Part shown: piece by piece, positions 17,509 to 25,818 of the stretch
Layout: each line of letters starts with the position of its first letter
Position numbering within the stretch: position 1 is the stretch's first letter
NCBI GenBank assembly: GCA_002256685.1
Contig: NQJH01000027.1
Location: 1 to 39,115 of the forward strand
Direction of reading: 5' to 3'
Source: Methylococcaceae bacterium NSP1-2
GTDB taxonomy: Bacteria > Pseudomonadota > Gammaproteobacteria > Methylococcales > Methylomonadaceae
Length of the DNA stretch: 39,115 bases
Position numbers and translations under genes: made by a program
Notes under the pieces: generated by a model
Database searches by the model: none
The model's input: the letters and a program-made list of their open reading frames with translations, nothing else
Told to the model about the DNA's origin: nothing

Positions 17509-17877
17509 TATAATCCCTCCACATTCAGACCCATGCTACGCGCACTGCCTGCAATTGTTTTTACTGCCGCTTCAAGATTTGCGGCGTTCAAATCTTTTCG
17601 GATTGCTACTACCGCTTTTTAACCCCAGTGCTTTTTTCAAAAGAATCGAAGCAGGGGGCGTTTTGGTAATAAAAGTAAAGCTACGATCACTGTAAACAGT
17701 GATAACGACAGGTAAAGGCAAGCCTTTTTCTACATCCTGTGTCTTCGCATTAAAGGCTTTACAAAATTCCATAATGTTGACACCGCGCTGACCTAAGGCA
17801 GGACCAACAGGTGGACTTGGATTTGCTTCACCCGCTTTTACTTGTAATTTAATATATGCGGTTATTTTTTTTGCCAT
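17508..17877 (-). pseudogene. rplK: 50S ribosomal protein L11, frame-broken as assembled and about 20 residues short in the C-terminal domain
   Basis: The 101-aa ORF (17877..17572) matches L11 through ...[24 protein letters not shown], then reads out of frame. A second frame from about 17594 gives [28 protein letters not shown] with its stop at 17510..17508. The locus is 370 nt, which is not a multiple of 3. Confidence 0.85.
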
Positions 17878-17983
17878 TTCTTACTCCAAATACGGGTGCA
17901 AACGCGCTTTACGCTCCCCTAGACACAAAAAATCCCTACCTTATACAGATAGAGATTTAATAAATACTAACTAGAAATAATAG

Positions 17984-18517
17984 TTAGCTTTTTTCAACCT
18001 GACTAAAACCTAATTCAACAGAAGTTGACCGACCAAAAATAAGCACTGATATTTTTAGCTTATTTTTGTCATAATTAACTTCTTCAACAACACCATTAAA
18101 ATCCTTAAATGGTCCGTCAATCACTCTAATAACCTCACCCGCCTCAAATAAAGTTTTTGGACGCGGCTTATTGATGCCTTCCTCTACTCTATCAAGTATA
18201 GACATTGCTTCTTTTTCAGAAATAGGGGCGGGGCGATCTGAAGTACCGCCTATAAAACCTAATACTCTCGGTACATCCTTAACCAAGTGCCAAGTTTCAT
18301 CGGTTAACTCCATCTGAACCAATACATAGCCTGGGAAAAATTTTCTTTCACTTTTCCGTTGTTGACCCATGCGCATCTCAACAACTTCCTCGGTAGGCAC
18401 TAAGATTTTACCGAAGTACTGCTCCAGACCCTCGCGCTTAATTCTATCTTCCAAAGCCTGCTTGACTTTATTTTCAAAATTCGAATAGGCGTGTACAACA
18501 TACCAGCGCAAAGCCAT
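17984..18517 (-). CDS. nusG: Transcription termination/antitermination factor NusG
   Basis: 177-aa ORF reading [22 protein letters not shown]...FPGYVLVQM..., with a KOW-type C-terminus. Lies between secE and rplK. Confidence 0.96.
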   Translation of the reverse strand: MALRWYVVHAYSNFENKVKQALEDRIKREGLEQYFGKILVPTEEVVEMRMGQQRKSERKFFPGYVLVQMELTDETWHLVKDVPRVLGFIGGTSDRPAPISEKEAMSILDRVEEGINKPRPKTLFEAGEVIRVIDGPFKDFNGVVEEVNYDKNKLKISVLIFGRSTSVELGFSQVEKS

Positions 18518-18520
18518 ATT

Positions 18521-18901
18521 CTAGCCGCCCTGACCTGTTAGAAACCGCACTCCCCAAAAGAGAAACATATCTAGCAACCAAAGAATAAGAGCTACAATAG
18601 TTACCATGGCAAATACTAACAAGGTAGTACGCACGGTTTCTTCTCGAGTAGGCCAAACAACTTTTCTAACTTCTTGCTTAGATTCTAAAACAAAAAGCCA
18701 AACATCTTTACCTATATTGGTAGTCAGCATCAAACCTGTCACTGCCAGCACAATAGCCAACAGACCAAGAACCCGATATAAAAGAGGAACAGCTTCTGAG
18801 AAGTAATAGAATGCAGCCACACCAGCAACTACAAAGACAACGGAAAAGACTTGCTTGACGACATCAAAAACAGCTGTCGGTGCTTCTGCTTGAGTTTTCA
18901 T
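18521..18901 (-). CDS. secE: Preprotein translocase subunit SecE
   Basis: 126-aa ORF with three hydrophobic segments and the conserved C-terminal part EVRKVVWPTREET. Immediately upstream of nusG. Confidence 0.92.
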   Translation of the reverse strand: MKTQAEAPTAVFDVVKQVFSVVFVVAGVAAFYYFSEAVPLLYRVLGLLAIVLAVTGLMLTTNIGKDVWLFVLESKQEVRKVVWPTREETVRTTLLVFAMVTIVALILWLLDMFLFWGVRFLTGQGG

Positions 18902-18949
18902 TATGTTATTTATTATGAAAATAGATGGTATTTATTACTTTAACCTGAA

Positions 18950-19025
18950 TGGCAGGCCAGGAGGGTCTCGAACCCCCAACCCGCGGTTTTGGAGACCGCT
19001 ATTCTACCAATTGAACTACTGACCT
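18950..19025 (-). tRNA. tRNA-Trp (anticodon CCA)
   Basis: I folded the cloverleaf by hand. Acceptor stem AGGTCAG/CTGGCCT, anticodon stem GCGGT/ACCGC with loop CTCCAAA, T-loop GGTTCGAGA, encoded 3' CCA. Confidence 0.93.
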
Positions 19026-19047
19026 ATTCAGAAAAATGGAACTCGCT

Positions 19048-19076
19048 ATATTACACTAACCAAAGTTATTATTCAA
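19048..19076 (-). promoter_or_regulatory. Putative sigma70 promoter for tRNA-Trp-secE-nusG
   Basis: On the minus strand: -35 TTGAAT (19076..19071), a 17-nt spacer, -10 TAATAT (19053..19048). It lies about 22 nt upstream of the tRNA-Trp 5' end. Confidence 0.5.
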
Positions 19077-19121
19077 TCGCCCATTTAACAATGCCGATAC
19101 AAAATCACATCATGCCTTAAA

Positions 19122-19197
<76 letters not shown>

Positions 19198-19212
19198 TTA
19201 ATCGATAGACTA

Positions 19213-19286
19213 TGGAGCGGGTGATGGGAATCGAACCCACGTGATCAGCTTGGAAGGCTGGAGTTCTACCATTGAACTACACCCGC
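19213..19286 (-). tRNA. tRNA-Gly (anticodon TCC)
   Basis: Acceptor stem GCGGGTG/CACCCGC, anticodon loop CTTCCAA, T-arm GTGGG-TTCGATT-CCCAT, encoded CCA. Close to E. coli glyT. Confidence 0.92.
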
Positions 19287-19305
19287 AGACTCAATTAACT
19301 CAAGA

Positions 19306-19390
19306 TGGTGGAGGGGGGAGGATTCGAACCTCCGAAGGCAGAGCCGGCAGATTTACAGTCTGATCCCTTTGGCCGCTCGGGAACCCCTCC
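19306..19390 (-). tRNA. tRNA-Tyr (anticodon GTA), class II with long variable arm
   Basis: The sequence is GGAGGGGTTCCCGAGCGGCCAAAGGGATCAGACTGTAAATCTG...GGTTCGAATCCTCCCCCCTCCACCA. It is nearly identical in architecture to E. coli tRNA-Tyr. Confidence 0.93.
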
Positions 19391-19410
19391 AATATTTGGA
19401 TAAGCTGCGC

Positions 19411-19439
19411 ATTCTATGGCATTAAACACACTTCGTCAA
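19411..19439 (-). promoter_or_regulatory. Putative strong sigma70 promoter of the tRNA-Tyr-Gly-Thr operon
   Basis: On the minus strand: -35 TTGACG (19439..19434), a 17-nt spacer, -10 TAGAAT (19416..19411). A GC-rich discriminator GCGCAGC follows, and an AT-rich UP-like tract (TTTCTAAAATAATAA) lies upstream. The -10 is about 20 nt from the tRNA-Tyr 5' end. This layout is typical of stable-RNA promoters. Confidence 0.6.
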
Positions 19440-19719
19440 CTTATTATTTTAGAAAGCTAAGATTAAGCAAATAAAAAAGTTTGTAATACTTTGATTTAAT
19501 TGGTCTTTATAGCCTGCGCCCATAAAAAATATTTGCAAGAACCTTGAACTGAATCCTCATAAATCTTGATAATATTATTTAGCTTCTTCGCATTAGTTAA
19601 ATCATTGGCGATTTCGGCACCAACAATATTCGACTAAAAAAACTAGCACTGATAAAAAACTAAGATTTTTTATTACATAAAGCTGTTCGTATTAAAAAAT
19701 ACTGATATGTTGTCGTGAA

Positions 19720-19728
19720 TGTTAGAAT
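19720..19728 (+). promoter_or_regulatory. Possible extended -10 promoter (TGTTAGAAT) for the 324-aa hypothetical gene
   Basis: TGnTAGAAT at 19720..19728 with no good -35, about 130 nt upstream of the ATG at 19857. Confidence 0.3.
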
Positions 19729-19856
19729 CATCAAACACACGCTTATACCTTAAAAAAATCTATGCCATTAAAGTCTACAGTTTGTTTAAAGTGCATTTGT
19801 AAAGGACTTAAAATCAACTCACTTTACAAATCATTAGTTCATAGCAGAGAGCCTGT

Positions 19857-20831
19857 ATGAAAAAAATTTTATTAATAATAAGCAGTGTTTTTTTATTATT
19901 TCCAGCTGCTATTTATTTTGGTAATCTCGCTGATATTCCCGAGGCAAGAGAAATTATTGTTTATCTTCGCGATCTAGTCGGGATGTCCGCGACGAAAGAG
20001 CCTATTAGCCCAGCTAGCGTAGATGTCGAAGAAATCCCCACCGCTTACACTCACATTGAACTTGTGGAGTCTTGGCGTAATCTAGGTGCTAGTAATTTTA
20101 CAAATTTACTACAGCTCATAGCGACCCCGCGTAGTCGCGACGCATGGCAGGCGAATGCGGGGAATTTTCTTGATGATCCACTACATTCTGCCGCCTTTTT
20201 CTTGTCTTCTTGGCATTTCTGGCAAGTACAACAAGAAAAATTAAGCTTGATTGGCTATTACCAACCGTGGATTGATGTTTTACTGTTGATTCAAGTGGCT
20301 GAAGTAGAGGGTAGCTACAAAGCGGTAGCCATAGGTATCACTGAGCCAAGTAGCGTCATTTCTTCGACTACACCAACAGCGATGGCAGAGGAATTAACAG
20401 CCCGTTTGAAACGTGCTGAACACACTTTTCACACAGTGATTGACAATCCAGACACCCTAGTCGGAATGCTTAATCCTACCGTTGCAAAAAAATCTCAAAA
20501 CCTACTAAACCAATATGTCACCGATCTTGGTGGCAAGTTAATAACGAATAACTCAGAAAATCAAAATCGCTCAGCGATTTTAGAATGGCTGAATACCGTG
20601 CAAGCAGGACAGTTTAAGGAAGGCGAGCTAGTGCAGCAATCAAACGAGTGGTTGAAAAAATTGCAGCCAGTTCGATTAATAAAGATTGACTCCGAACATT
20701 GGCTACTAGCAGCCAGTAACAGCACTCAAGCTGAACGCGTGTTACTGGTACAATTGCGCGTAACCGAGCATAAAGCCCAGCCGACTGAAGTCCGGATTTG
20801 GGACGCGGCAACGATAAAAAATACGCAATGA
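19857..20831 (+). CDS. Hypothetical protein with an N-terminal signal/anchor helix; no family recognised
   Basis: 324-aa ORF with an ATG start. The N-terminus is hydrophobic (MKKILLIISSVFLLFPAAIYFG) and the rest is soluble-looking. I recognise no motif. Confidence 0.7.
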   Translation: MKKILLIISSVFLLFPAAIYFGNLADIPEAREIIVYLRDLVGMSATKEPISPASVDVEEIPTAYTHIELVESWRNLGASNFTNLLQLIATPRSRDAWQANAGNFLDDPLHSAAFFLSSWHFWQVQQEKLSLIGYYQPWIDVLLLIQVAEVEGSYKAVAIGITEPSSVISSTTPTAMAEELTARLKRAEHTFHTVIDNPDTLVGMLNPTVAKKSQNLLNQYVTDLGGKLITNNSENQNRSAILEWLNTVQAGQFKEGELVQQSNEWLKKLQPVRLIKIDSEHWLLAASNSTQAERVLLVQLRVTEHKAQPTEVRIWDAATIKNTQ

Positions 20832-21011
20832 AATTTTAATATGGAAAAAGCGTAATAATACAGCTTGTACCGGCTAGGTTAGATAAATCCAGCGTATCAC
20901 ACACCGTACCGTAGAGAATTTTCAGCAACTTCCTGTTAAGCTTACGCCTGAAAAAGCAAAAGCTGCACTATCAAACCATCAAAAGATTTACTTTAACACT
21001 GTGGAAAACTA

Positions 21012-21449
21012 ATGAGTCAAACGCGTACCAATGCACGAAAAGCCGCCGTTCAAGCCTTATATCAATGGCAAATGACAGGACAAAACCTGAATGAAATTGA
21101 GCAACAATTTTTACAAGAAGATCGTTTAAAAGATGCTCAAAAAAGTTATTTCACTGAATTATTTCACGGCGTACCTAAAAATTTAGAGCTGATTGATCAA
21201 GCTTTGAGTGAATTTGTTGATCGCCCTGTCGATAGCATTGATCCTGTGGAACGGGCTATTTTAAGAATTGGTGTTTATGAATTATCACACCGTCTGGATA
21301 TGCCCTATCGCGTGATTTTAAATGAAGGCATTAATCTCGCTAAATATTTTGGTGCTGATGGTAGTCATCGTTATGTGAATGGTATTTTGGACAAAGTCGC
21401 CCAACAAAAACGCGCAGTAGAAATCAAAGCCAAAGCTAATTTGAAATAG
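21012..21449 (+). CDS. nusB: Transcription antitermination factor NusB
   Basis: 145-aa ORF reading ARKAAVQALYQWQMTGQNLNEIE...ERAILRIGVYEL...VILNEGINLAKYFG...YVNGILDKV. Followed by thiL, as in many proteobacteria. Confidence 0.95.
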   Translation: MSQTRTNARKAAVQALYQWQMTGQNLNEIEQQFLQEDRLKDAQKSYFTELFHGVPKNLELIDQALSEFVDRPVDSIDPVERAILRIGVYELSHRLDMPYRVILNEGINLAKYFGADGSHRYVNGILDKVAQQKRAVEIKAKANLK

Positions 21450-21453
21450 TCTT

Positions 21454-22371
21454 ATGCCGCTTTCTGAATTCGCGCTAATTCAGCGTTTTTTTACTCGACA
21501 ATCCGTCAAAAATCCATCAACCCGTTTAGGGATTGGCGATGATTGCGCGTTGTTGACGATACCAGACGGCTATGAACTCGCCATCACCACCGATACAATG
21601 GTGGAAAATGTACATTTTTTTAAAGACACTGATCCAGAGCAACTTGGTCACAAACTACTCGCCGTTAATTTAAGTGATTTAGCCAGTATGGGCGCGAAAC
21701 CCCTTTCAGTAACGCTGGCACTCACCGTGCCTAGCGTTAATGAAGCATGGTTAAGTGCGTTTGCAACCGGCTTTCTAAACTTAGCCGAACGGTACGGTGT
21801 TGATTTAATTGGCGGCGACACCACGGCTGGTGCATTAACACTCACCGTACAAGCCTTGGGTCTAGTGCCACGCGGTCTAGCACTTACCCGTTCAGCGGCA
21901 CAAGTCGGTGATTTTATTTATTTATCGGGCAATATTGGTGATGCAGGTTTAGGTTTAAAAATTATTCAGGGCTATCACTGTATCCAACCCGCTAACGCGT
22001 TAAAACAGTTTCATCAACCTGAGCCTGCCTGTGATATAGGACAAGCGTTAATCGGTGTAGCAAATGCCTGTATTGATATATCCGACGGTTTAGCCAGCGA
22101 CTTAGGGCATATCCTCCAACAAAGCCAAGTCGGCGCGTGTTTGTGTTGGGAAGAGTTGCCGTTATCCACTGCCGTTTTAACTTACCTAGAAGACACAAAT
22201 GATTGGTTACTGCCGCTAGTGGCGGGTGATGATTATCAACTGTGCTTTACCGTCAGCCCTGAAAAAGCCACGCTAGTGCCAGAAAGTTGTCAAAAAATCG
22301 GCATTATTGAAGCTCAACACGGCTTACGGCTCAATAAATCGGGCATTATCCAATCATTATGTTATTTCTAG
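21454..22371 (+). CDS. thiL: Thiamine-monophosphate kinase
   Basis: 305-aa ORF with SEFALIQRFF, GIGDDCALL, LAVNLSDLASMGAKP, GGDTT and DISDGLASDLGHI, all colinear with E. coli ThiL. The C-terminus looks slightly short. Confidence 0.92.
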   Translation: MPLSEFALIQRFFTRQSVKNPSTRLGIGDDCALLTIPDGYELAITTDTMVENVHFFKDTDPEQLGHKLLAVNLSDLASMGAKPLSVTLALTVPSVNEAWLSAFATGFLNLAERYGVDLIGGDTTAGALTLTVQALGLVPRGLALTRSAAQVGDFIYLSGNIGDAGLGLKIIQGYHCIQPANALKQFHQPEPACDIGQALIGVANACIDISDGLASDLGHILQQSQVGACLCWEELPLSTAVLTYLEDTNDWLLPLVAGDDYQLCFTVSPEKATLVPESCQKIGIIEAQHGLRLNKSGIIQSLCYF

Positions 22372-22771
22372 CGTTTGGCTTTGGTTCAGGATTAGCCAAA
22401 AAAGCACCTGGAACCTGCGGTACGGTTGCCGCTATTCCTGTTTATTATTTGTTTGCCCAAGCTAATTTCCTAACTTACAGCCTACTCACTATTATCGCCA
22501 CTGTAGTGGGCTCAATGAACATGATTTTGGCGGTATTGTCTGGGATGAAGTGGCAGGCTATTTAATCACCATGTGGTTTGTGCCGTTTACTTGGCAAGCC
22601 ATGATAATTGGTTTTGTGCTATTTCGCTTTTTCGATATTCTCAAACCGTGGCCGATTAAATGGATAGATAAACAAGTCCACGGCGGTTTAGGCATCATGC
22701 TCGATGATGTATTAGCGGGCGTGTTTGCAGGTGGATTGTTGTGGTTAGCGGTGCGTGAATTTAGTTTTTAA
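22359..22771 (+). pseudogene. pgpA: Phosphatidylglycerophosphatase A, frame-broken as assembled (ORFs 22359..22565 and 22550..22771)
   Basis: Frame 1 reads LAFGFGSGLAKKAPGTCGTVAAIPVYY...LLTIIATVVG. Frame 2 reads LNEHDFGGIVWDEVAGYLITMWFVP...FRFFDILKPWPIKWIDKQVHGGLGIMLDDVLAGVFAG. Together they match PgpA. The switch is at about 22505-22512. Confidence 0.85.
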
Positions 22772-24765
22772 TACAAATCCACTGGATCAACATCCAACGA
22801 CCAGCGTACTTTTGCGGCGATTTTAAGTTTTGCCACATTGGGGATAATCGTCGTCAATAGCGATTGTAAATCGCGGCGTTGACCGCTTTGAAACAATAAT
22901 TGATAACGATAAAATCCTGCCCGTTTCGCCATAGGCGCAGGCACAGGACCTAATAGCTGTACGGCACTGTTAGGCGTTTGTTGTGCCAAATCGATAACCG
23001 CTTGCAGAAACACTAATGCCAATTCCATATCACGCGCTTGTACGCTTAATAAGGCATGATAACTAAACGGCGGTAATTGTGCTGCCTTGCGTTCTGCTAA
23101 CGCGCTTTGGGCAAAACGTTGGTAACCGTGTTCAATGAGCGTAGTCAGTAGAGGGTGGTCTGGTTGGCGGGTTTGCATAATCACCCGACCGGGTTTTTCC
23201 GCACGTCCCGCACGACCTGAGACTTGAATAATCAGTTGTGCTAGTTTTTCAGCGGTATGAAAATCAATACTGAATAAGCCGCTGTCTACATCGAGGATTG
23301 CCACTAGGGTGACATTAGGAAAATGGTGTCCTTTGGCAAGCATTTGTGTGCCTAAAATAATATCCACTTCACCTTGATTAATTTGTTCTAAGTAATCTTC
23401 CAGTGAACCTTTACGCTTTGTGGAATCACGATCCAAGCGGAGCGTAATTTTATTCGCAAATACTTTTGTCAGCACTTTTTCTACACGTTCTGTACCTAAA
23501 CCTAGCGGTGTGAGTTCACCTGTTTTGCAAGCAGGACAAGTATTCATTAACCGGTGTTCTGTACCGCAATGATGGCAACGTAATAAAGCTTCATCGGCAT
23601 GAATAACCAGATTAGCTTCACAATGTTGACACCGCGCCACCCAACCGCAACCGTGACAAATCAAGGTAGGTGCGAAACCGCGTCGATTTAAAAATAATAA
23701 TACCTGTTCGTTTTTCTCCAGTGTTTTGCGTATTTCGACCAGTAATATTTCCGATAAGCCTTCGCGCATTTTTTTATTGCGGATGTCCAATAATTGCAAC
23801 ACCGGTTTTATTGAATACCCCGCCCGTTCGGGTAAATGTAGCCATTGATAACGCTTTTTATCGACATTATGTAGACTTTCTAATGACGGTGTTGCAGAGC
23901 CTAGCAAGATGGGAATATTTAAAAGTTTACTGCGTACAATCGCCGTATCACGCGCTGAAAAACGCACCCCTTCTTGCTGTTTAAAAGACGCATCATGTTC
24001 TTCATCGAGAATAATTAACCCAAGATTGTTAAAGGGCGTAAATAAGGCAGAGCGTGTACCGAGCAGAATAGGACTAATACCTTGCTGGGTGTGTAACCAT
24101 GCTTTTTGTCGCTGATTATCGGTTAATTTGGAATGTGATACGGCAATATTAACTGCAAAACGGTGTTTAAAACGCGCTTCAAGTTGCGGTGTAAGGCTAA
24201 TTTCAGGGACTAACACTAACACCTGTTGTCCGCGTTTCAGCACTTCGTGAATAATTTGTAAATACACTTCCGTTTTGCCGCTACCAGTGACACCTTCCAG
24301 TAAAAATACGGCAAACTGTCCCAAACTGGCACATACTGCATCTATTGCTGTTTGCTGGGCAGGATTACTGAGTAATGCTGCATTGCTGAGTTCCGTGGGG
24401 TGGGGGGAGGTCTCAGCGGTGAGCGTGGCAGCTTTGCCTTGTCGTAATGCAGCTGGAAACGCCATGCTGATGACTTCACCAATGGGATAATGATAATAAC
24501 GACTCACCCAGTGTAATAATGTTAAATCGTGTGCAGAGAGTAATGAGTGTTGATCGATGATACGTTCAACGCGCTTTAATTTGTGTAGTGCAAAATCACT
24601 GTGATCAGTTATTTCAACTAAAACGGCAATTTTTTTATGGTCGCCTCTGCCAAACGGAACAACTAAGCGTGCGCCTAGTTGAACGTTATCGCACTCGACA
24701 TCAAGTGGCGGGAGATAATCAAACAGTTGATAAAGTGGACTGGCAATGGCAACTTTGAAAATCAT
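22768..24765 (-). CDS. priA: Primosomal replication-restart helicase PriA
   Basis: 665-aa ORF with Walker A GVTGSGKTEVY, DEEHD, the Cys-rich zinc region (CHGCGW...CQHCE...CHHCG...CPAC), and QVSGRAGR. Colinear with E. coli PriA. Confidence 0.96.
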   Translation of the reverse strand: MIFKVAIASPLYQLFDYLPPLDVECDNVQLGARLVVPFGRGDHKKIAVLVEITDHSDFALHKLKRVERIIDQHSLLSAHDLTLLHWVSRYYHYPIGEVISMAFPAALRQGKAATLTAETSPHPTELSNAALLSNPAQQTAIDAVCASLGQFAVFLLEGVTGSGKTEVYLQIIHEVLKRGQQVLVLVPEISLTPQLEARFKHRFAVNIAVSHSKLTDNQRQKAWLHTQQGISPILLGTRSALFTPFNNLGLIILDEEHDASFKQQEGVRFSARDTAIVRSKLLNIPILLGSATPSLESLHNVDKKRYQWLHLPERAGYSIKPVLQLLDIRNKKMREGLSEILLVEIRKTLEKNEQVLLFLNRRGFAPTLICHGCGWVARCQHCEANLVIHADEALLRCHHCGTEHRLMNTCPACKTGELTPLGLGTERVEKVLTKVFANKITLRLDRDSTKRKGSLEDYLEQINQGEVDIILGTQMLAKGHHFPNVTLVAILDVDSGLFSIDFHTAEKLAQLIIQVSGRAGRAEKPGRVIMQTRQPDHPLLTTLIEHGYQRFAQSALAERKAAQLPPFSYHALLSVQARDMELALVFLQAVIDLAQQTPNSAVQLLGPVPAPMAKRAGFYRYQLLFQSGQRRDLQSLLTTIIPNVAKLKIAAKVRWSLDVDPVDLY

Positions 24766-24810
24766 TTTTATCAGATAGCCATGAAAGTTAAATTATTTTT
24801 TATGAAGTAA

Positions 24811-24846
24811 TGTGGTTATCAACAATGTGGATAACTCTGTGGAAAA
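24811..24846. promoter_or_regulatory. Cluster of DnaA-box-like 9-mers upstream of priA
   Basis: The plus strand carries TTATCAACA (24816..24824, 1 mismatch), TGTGGATAA (24826..24834, perfect reverse complement of TTATCCACA) and TGTGGAAAA (24838..24846, fits TTWTNCACA). They lie 46-81 nt upstream of the priA ATG. A minus-strand TTGATA candidate -35 overlaps the first box. Confidence 0.55.
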
Positions 24847-24995
24847 GCCATTTTCACTCAGCCTGAATAATCATTTTTACGATGATTTTGTGACTTTGAT
24901 TACCTTATATTTTTGTTTTATTTTCAATAACTTACTTAATTGAAGGCAATGACAAGTAACAGCGAATTAGCGATTAGTCGTCACCTTCGTTTAAC

Positions 24996-25004
24996 TGTGG
25001 ATAA
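24996..25004. promoter_or_regulatory. Additional perfect DnaA box
   Basis: TGTGGATAA at 24996..25004. The flank matches the 24826 copy over 12 nt (tgtggataact). Confidence 0.5.
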
Positions 25005-25013
25005 CTTGTCAGG

Positions 25014-25817
25014 CTACGGTTTGATAAATTTAAGTGTCATGCGGTCACTTTCACCGATCGCTAGATATTTTTTGCGATCTTTATCTTTTAGTCTTAACGT
25101 CGGCGGTAATGTCCAAACACCGTCGGGATAATCTTTAGTATCTTTGCTGTTGGCATTGATTTCTGATTTAGCTAAAAACTCAAACCCCGCATTTCTAGCG
25201 AGAGCAATCACATAATCTTCTGTCACATAGCCTGATTCTGCATGAACATCTTGTGGTTTTAATACTGAGTTTCTATGTTCTACCACGCCTAAAATACCAC
25301 CCGGTTTTAAAGCGCGGAACATAGCTTCAAATACCGTAGCCGCTTGATCGGTTTTCATCCAGTTATGAATGTTACGAAACGTCAACACTCTATCCGCTGA
25401 ACCGTCGGGTGCTATTTTTACGGCTTCGGGGGGTTGTAGTACCGTTAATTCAACGTTGCCGTAAATTTTTGGTTGGGCGTGTAGCTTGGTAATAAAGGCT
25501 TGTAGACTTTTTTGCTGACGCAGTACTTTGGCATCGGCTGAAAAATGTGCAGTAGTCAGTTTGCCTTTGTCTTTTAAATAGGGCGCGAGAATTTCGGTGT
25601 ACCAACCTTCACCCGGCCAGACTTCAACAACAGTCATGTCGTCTTTTACGTCAAAAAAATCTAAGGTTTGTTGTGGATGGCGATAGGCATCACGGTTTTT
25701 ATGTTCAATGGAACGCTGCTTTCCAGCAAGAATGGGTGCTAATGAATTTGAAGTTTCGGTAGCCTGTGCCGATAAAGCGCAACTTATCAGCAATACAGCA
25801 AGTAAAAATTTTTTCAT
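25014..25817 (-). CDS. Exported class I SAM-dependent methyltransferase (COG4798-like)
   Basis: The ORF is open to 25919, but the likely start is MKKFLLAVLLISCALSAQA at 25817, a signal peptide 1 nt after the upstream stop. The methyltransferase fold motif VVEVWPGEGWYTEILAPYL and ...LKPGGILGVVEH are present. Confidence 0.85.
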   Translation of the reverse strand: MKKFLLAVLLISCALSAQATETSNSLAPILAGKQRSIEHKNRDAYRHPQQTLDFFDVKDDMTVVEVWPGEGWYTEILAPYLKDKGKLTTAHFSADAKVLRQQKSLQAFITKLHAQPKIYGNVELTVLQPPEAVKIAPDGSADRVLTFRNIHNWMKTDQAATVFEAMFRALKPGGILGVVEHRNSVLKPQDVHAESGYVTEDYVIALARNAGFEFLAKSEINANSKDTKDYPDGVWTLPPTLRLKDKDRKKYLAIGESDRMTLKFIKP

Positions 25818-25818
25818 G

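Noticed and set aside
20887-21012. Open frame whose TAA overlaps the nusB ATG as TAATG, considered as a ribH remnant or upstream peptide
   Set aside because: It has no ATG, GTG or TTG start with an RBS. Its translation (…RTVENFQQLPVKLTPEKAKAALSNHQKIYFNTVEN) does not resemble the lumazine synthase C-terminus.
24766-25013. This intergenic region as the chromosomal origin (oriC)
   Set aside because: There are only about four boxes in 250 nt, no GATC clusters and no recognisable 13-mer repeats. The flanking genes (priA, methyltransferase) are not typical origin neighbours. I kept it as a DnaA-binding or regulatory candidate only, because whole-genome GC skew is needed to decide.
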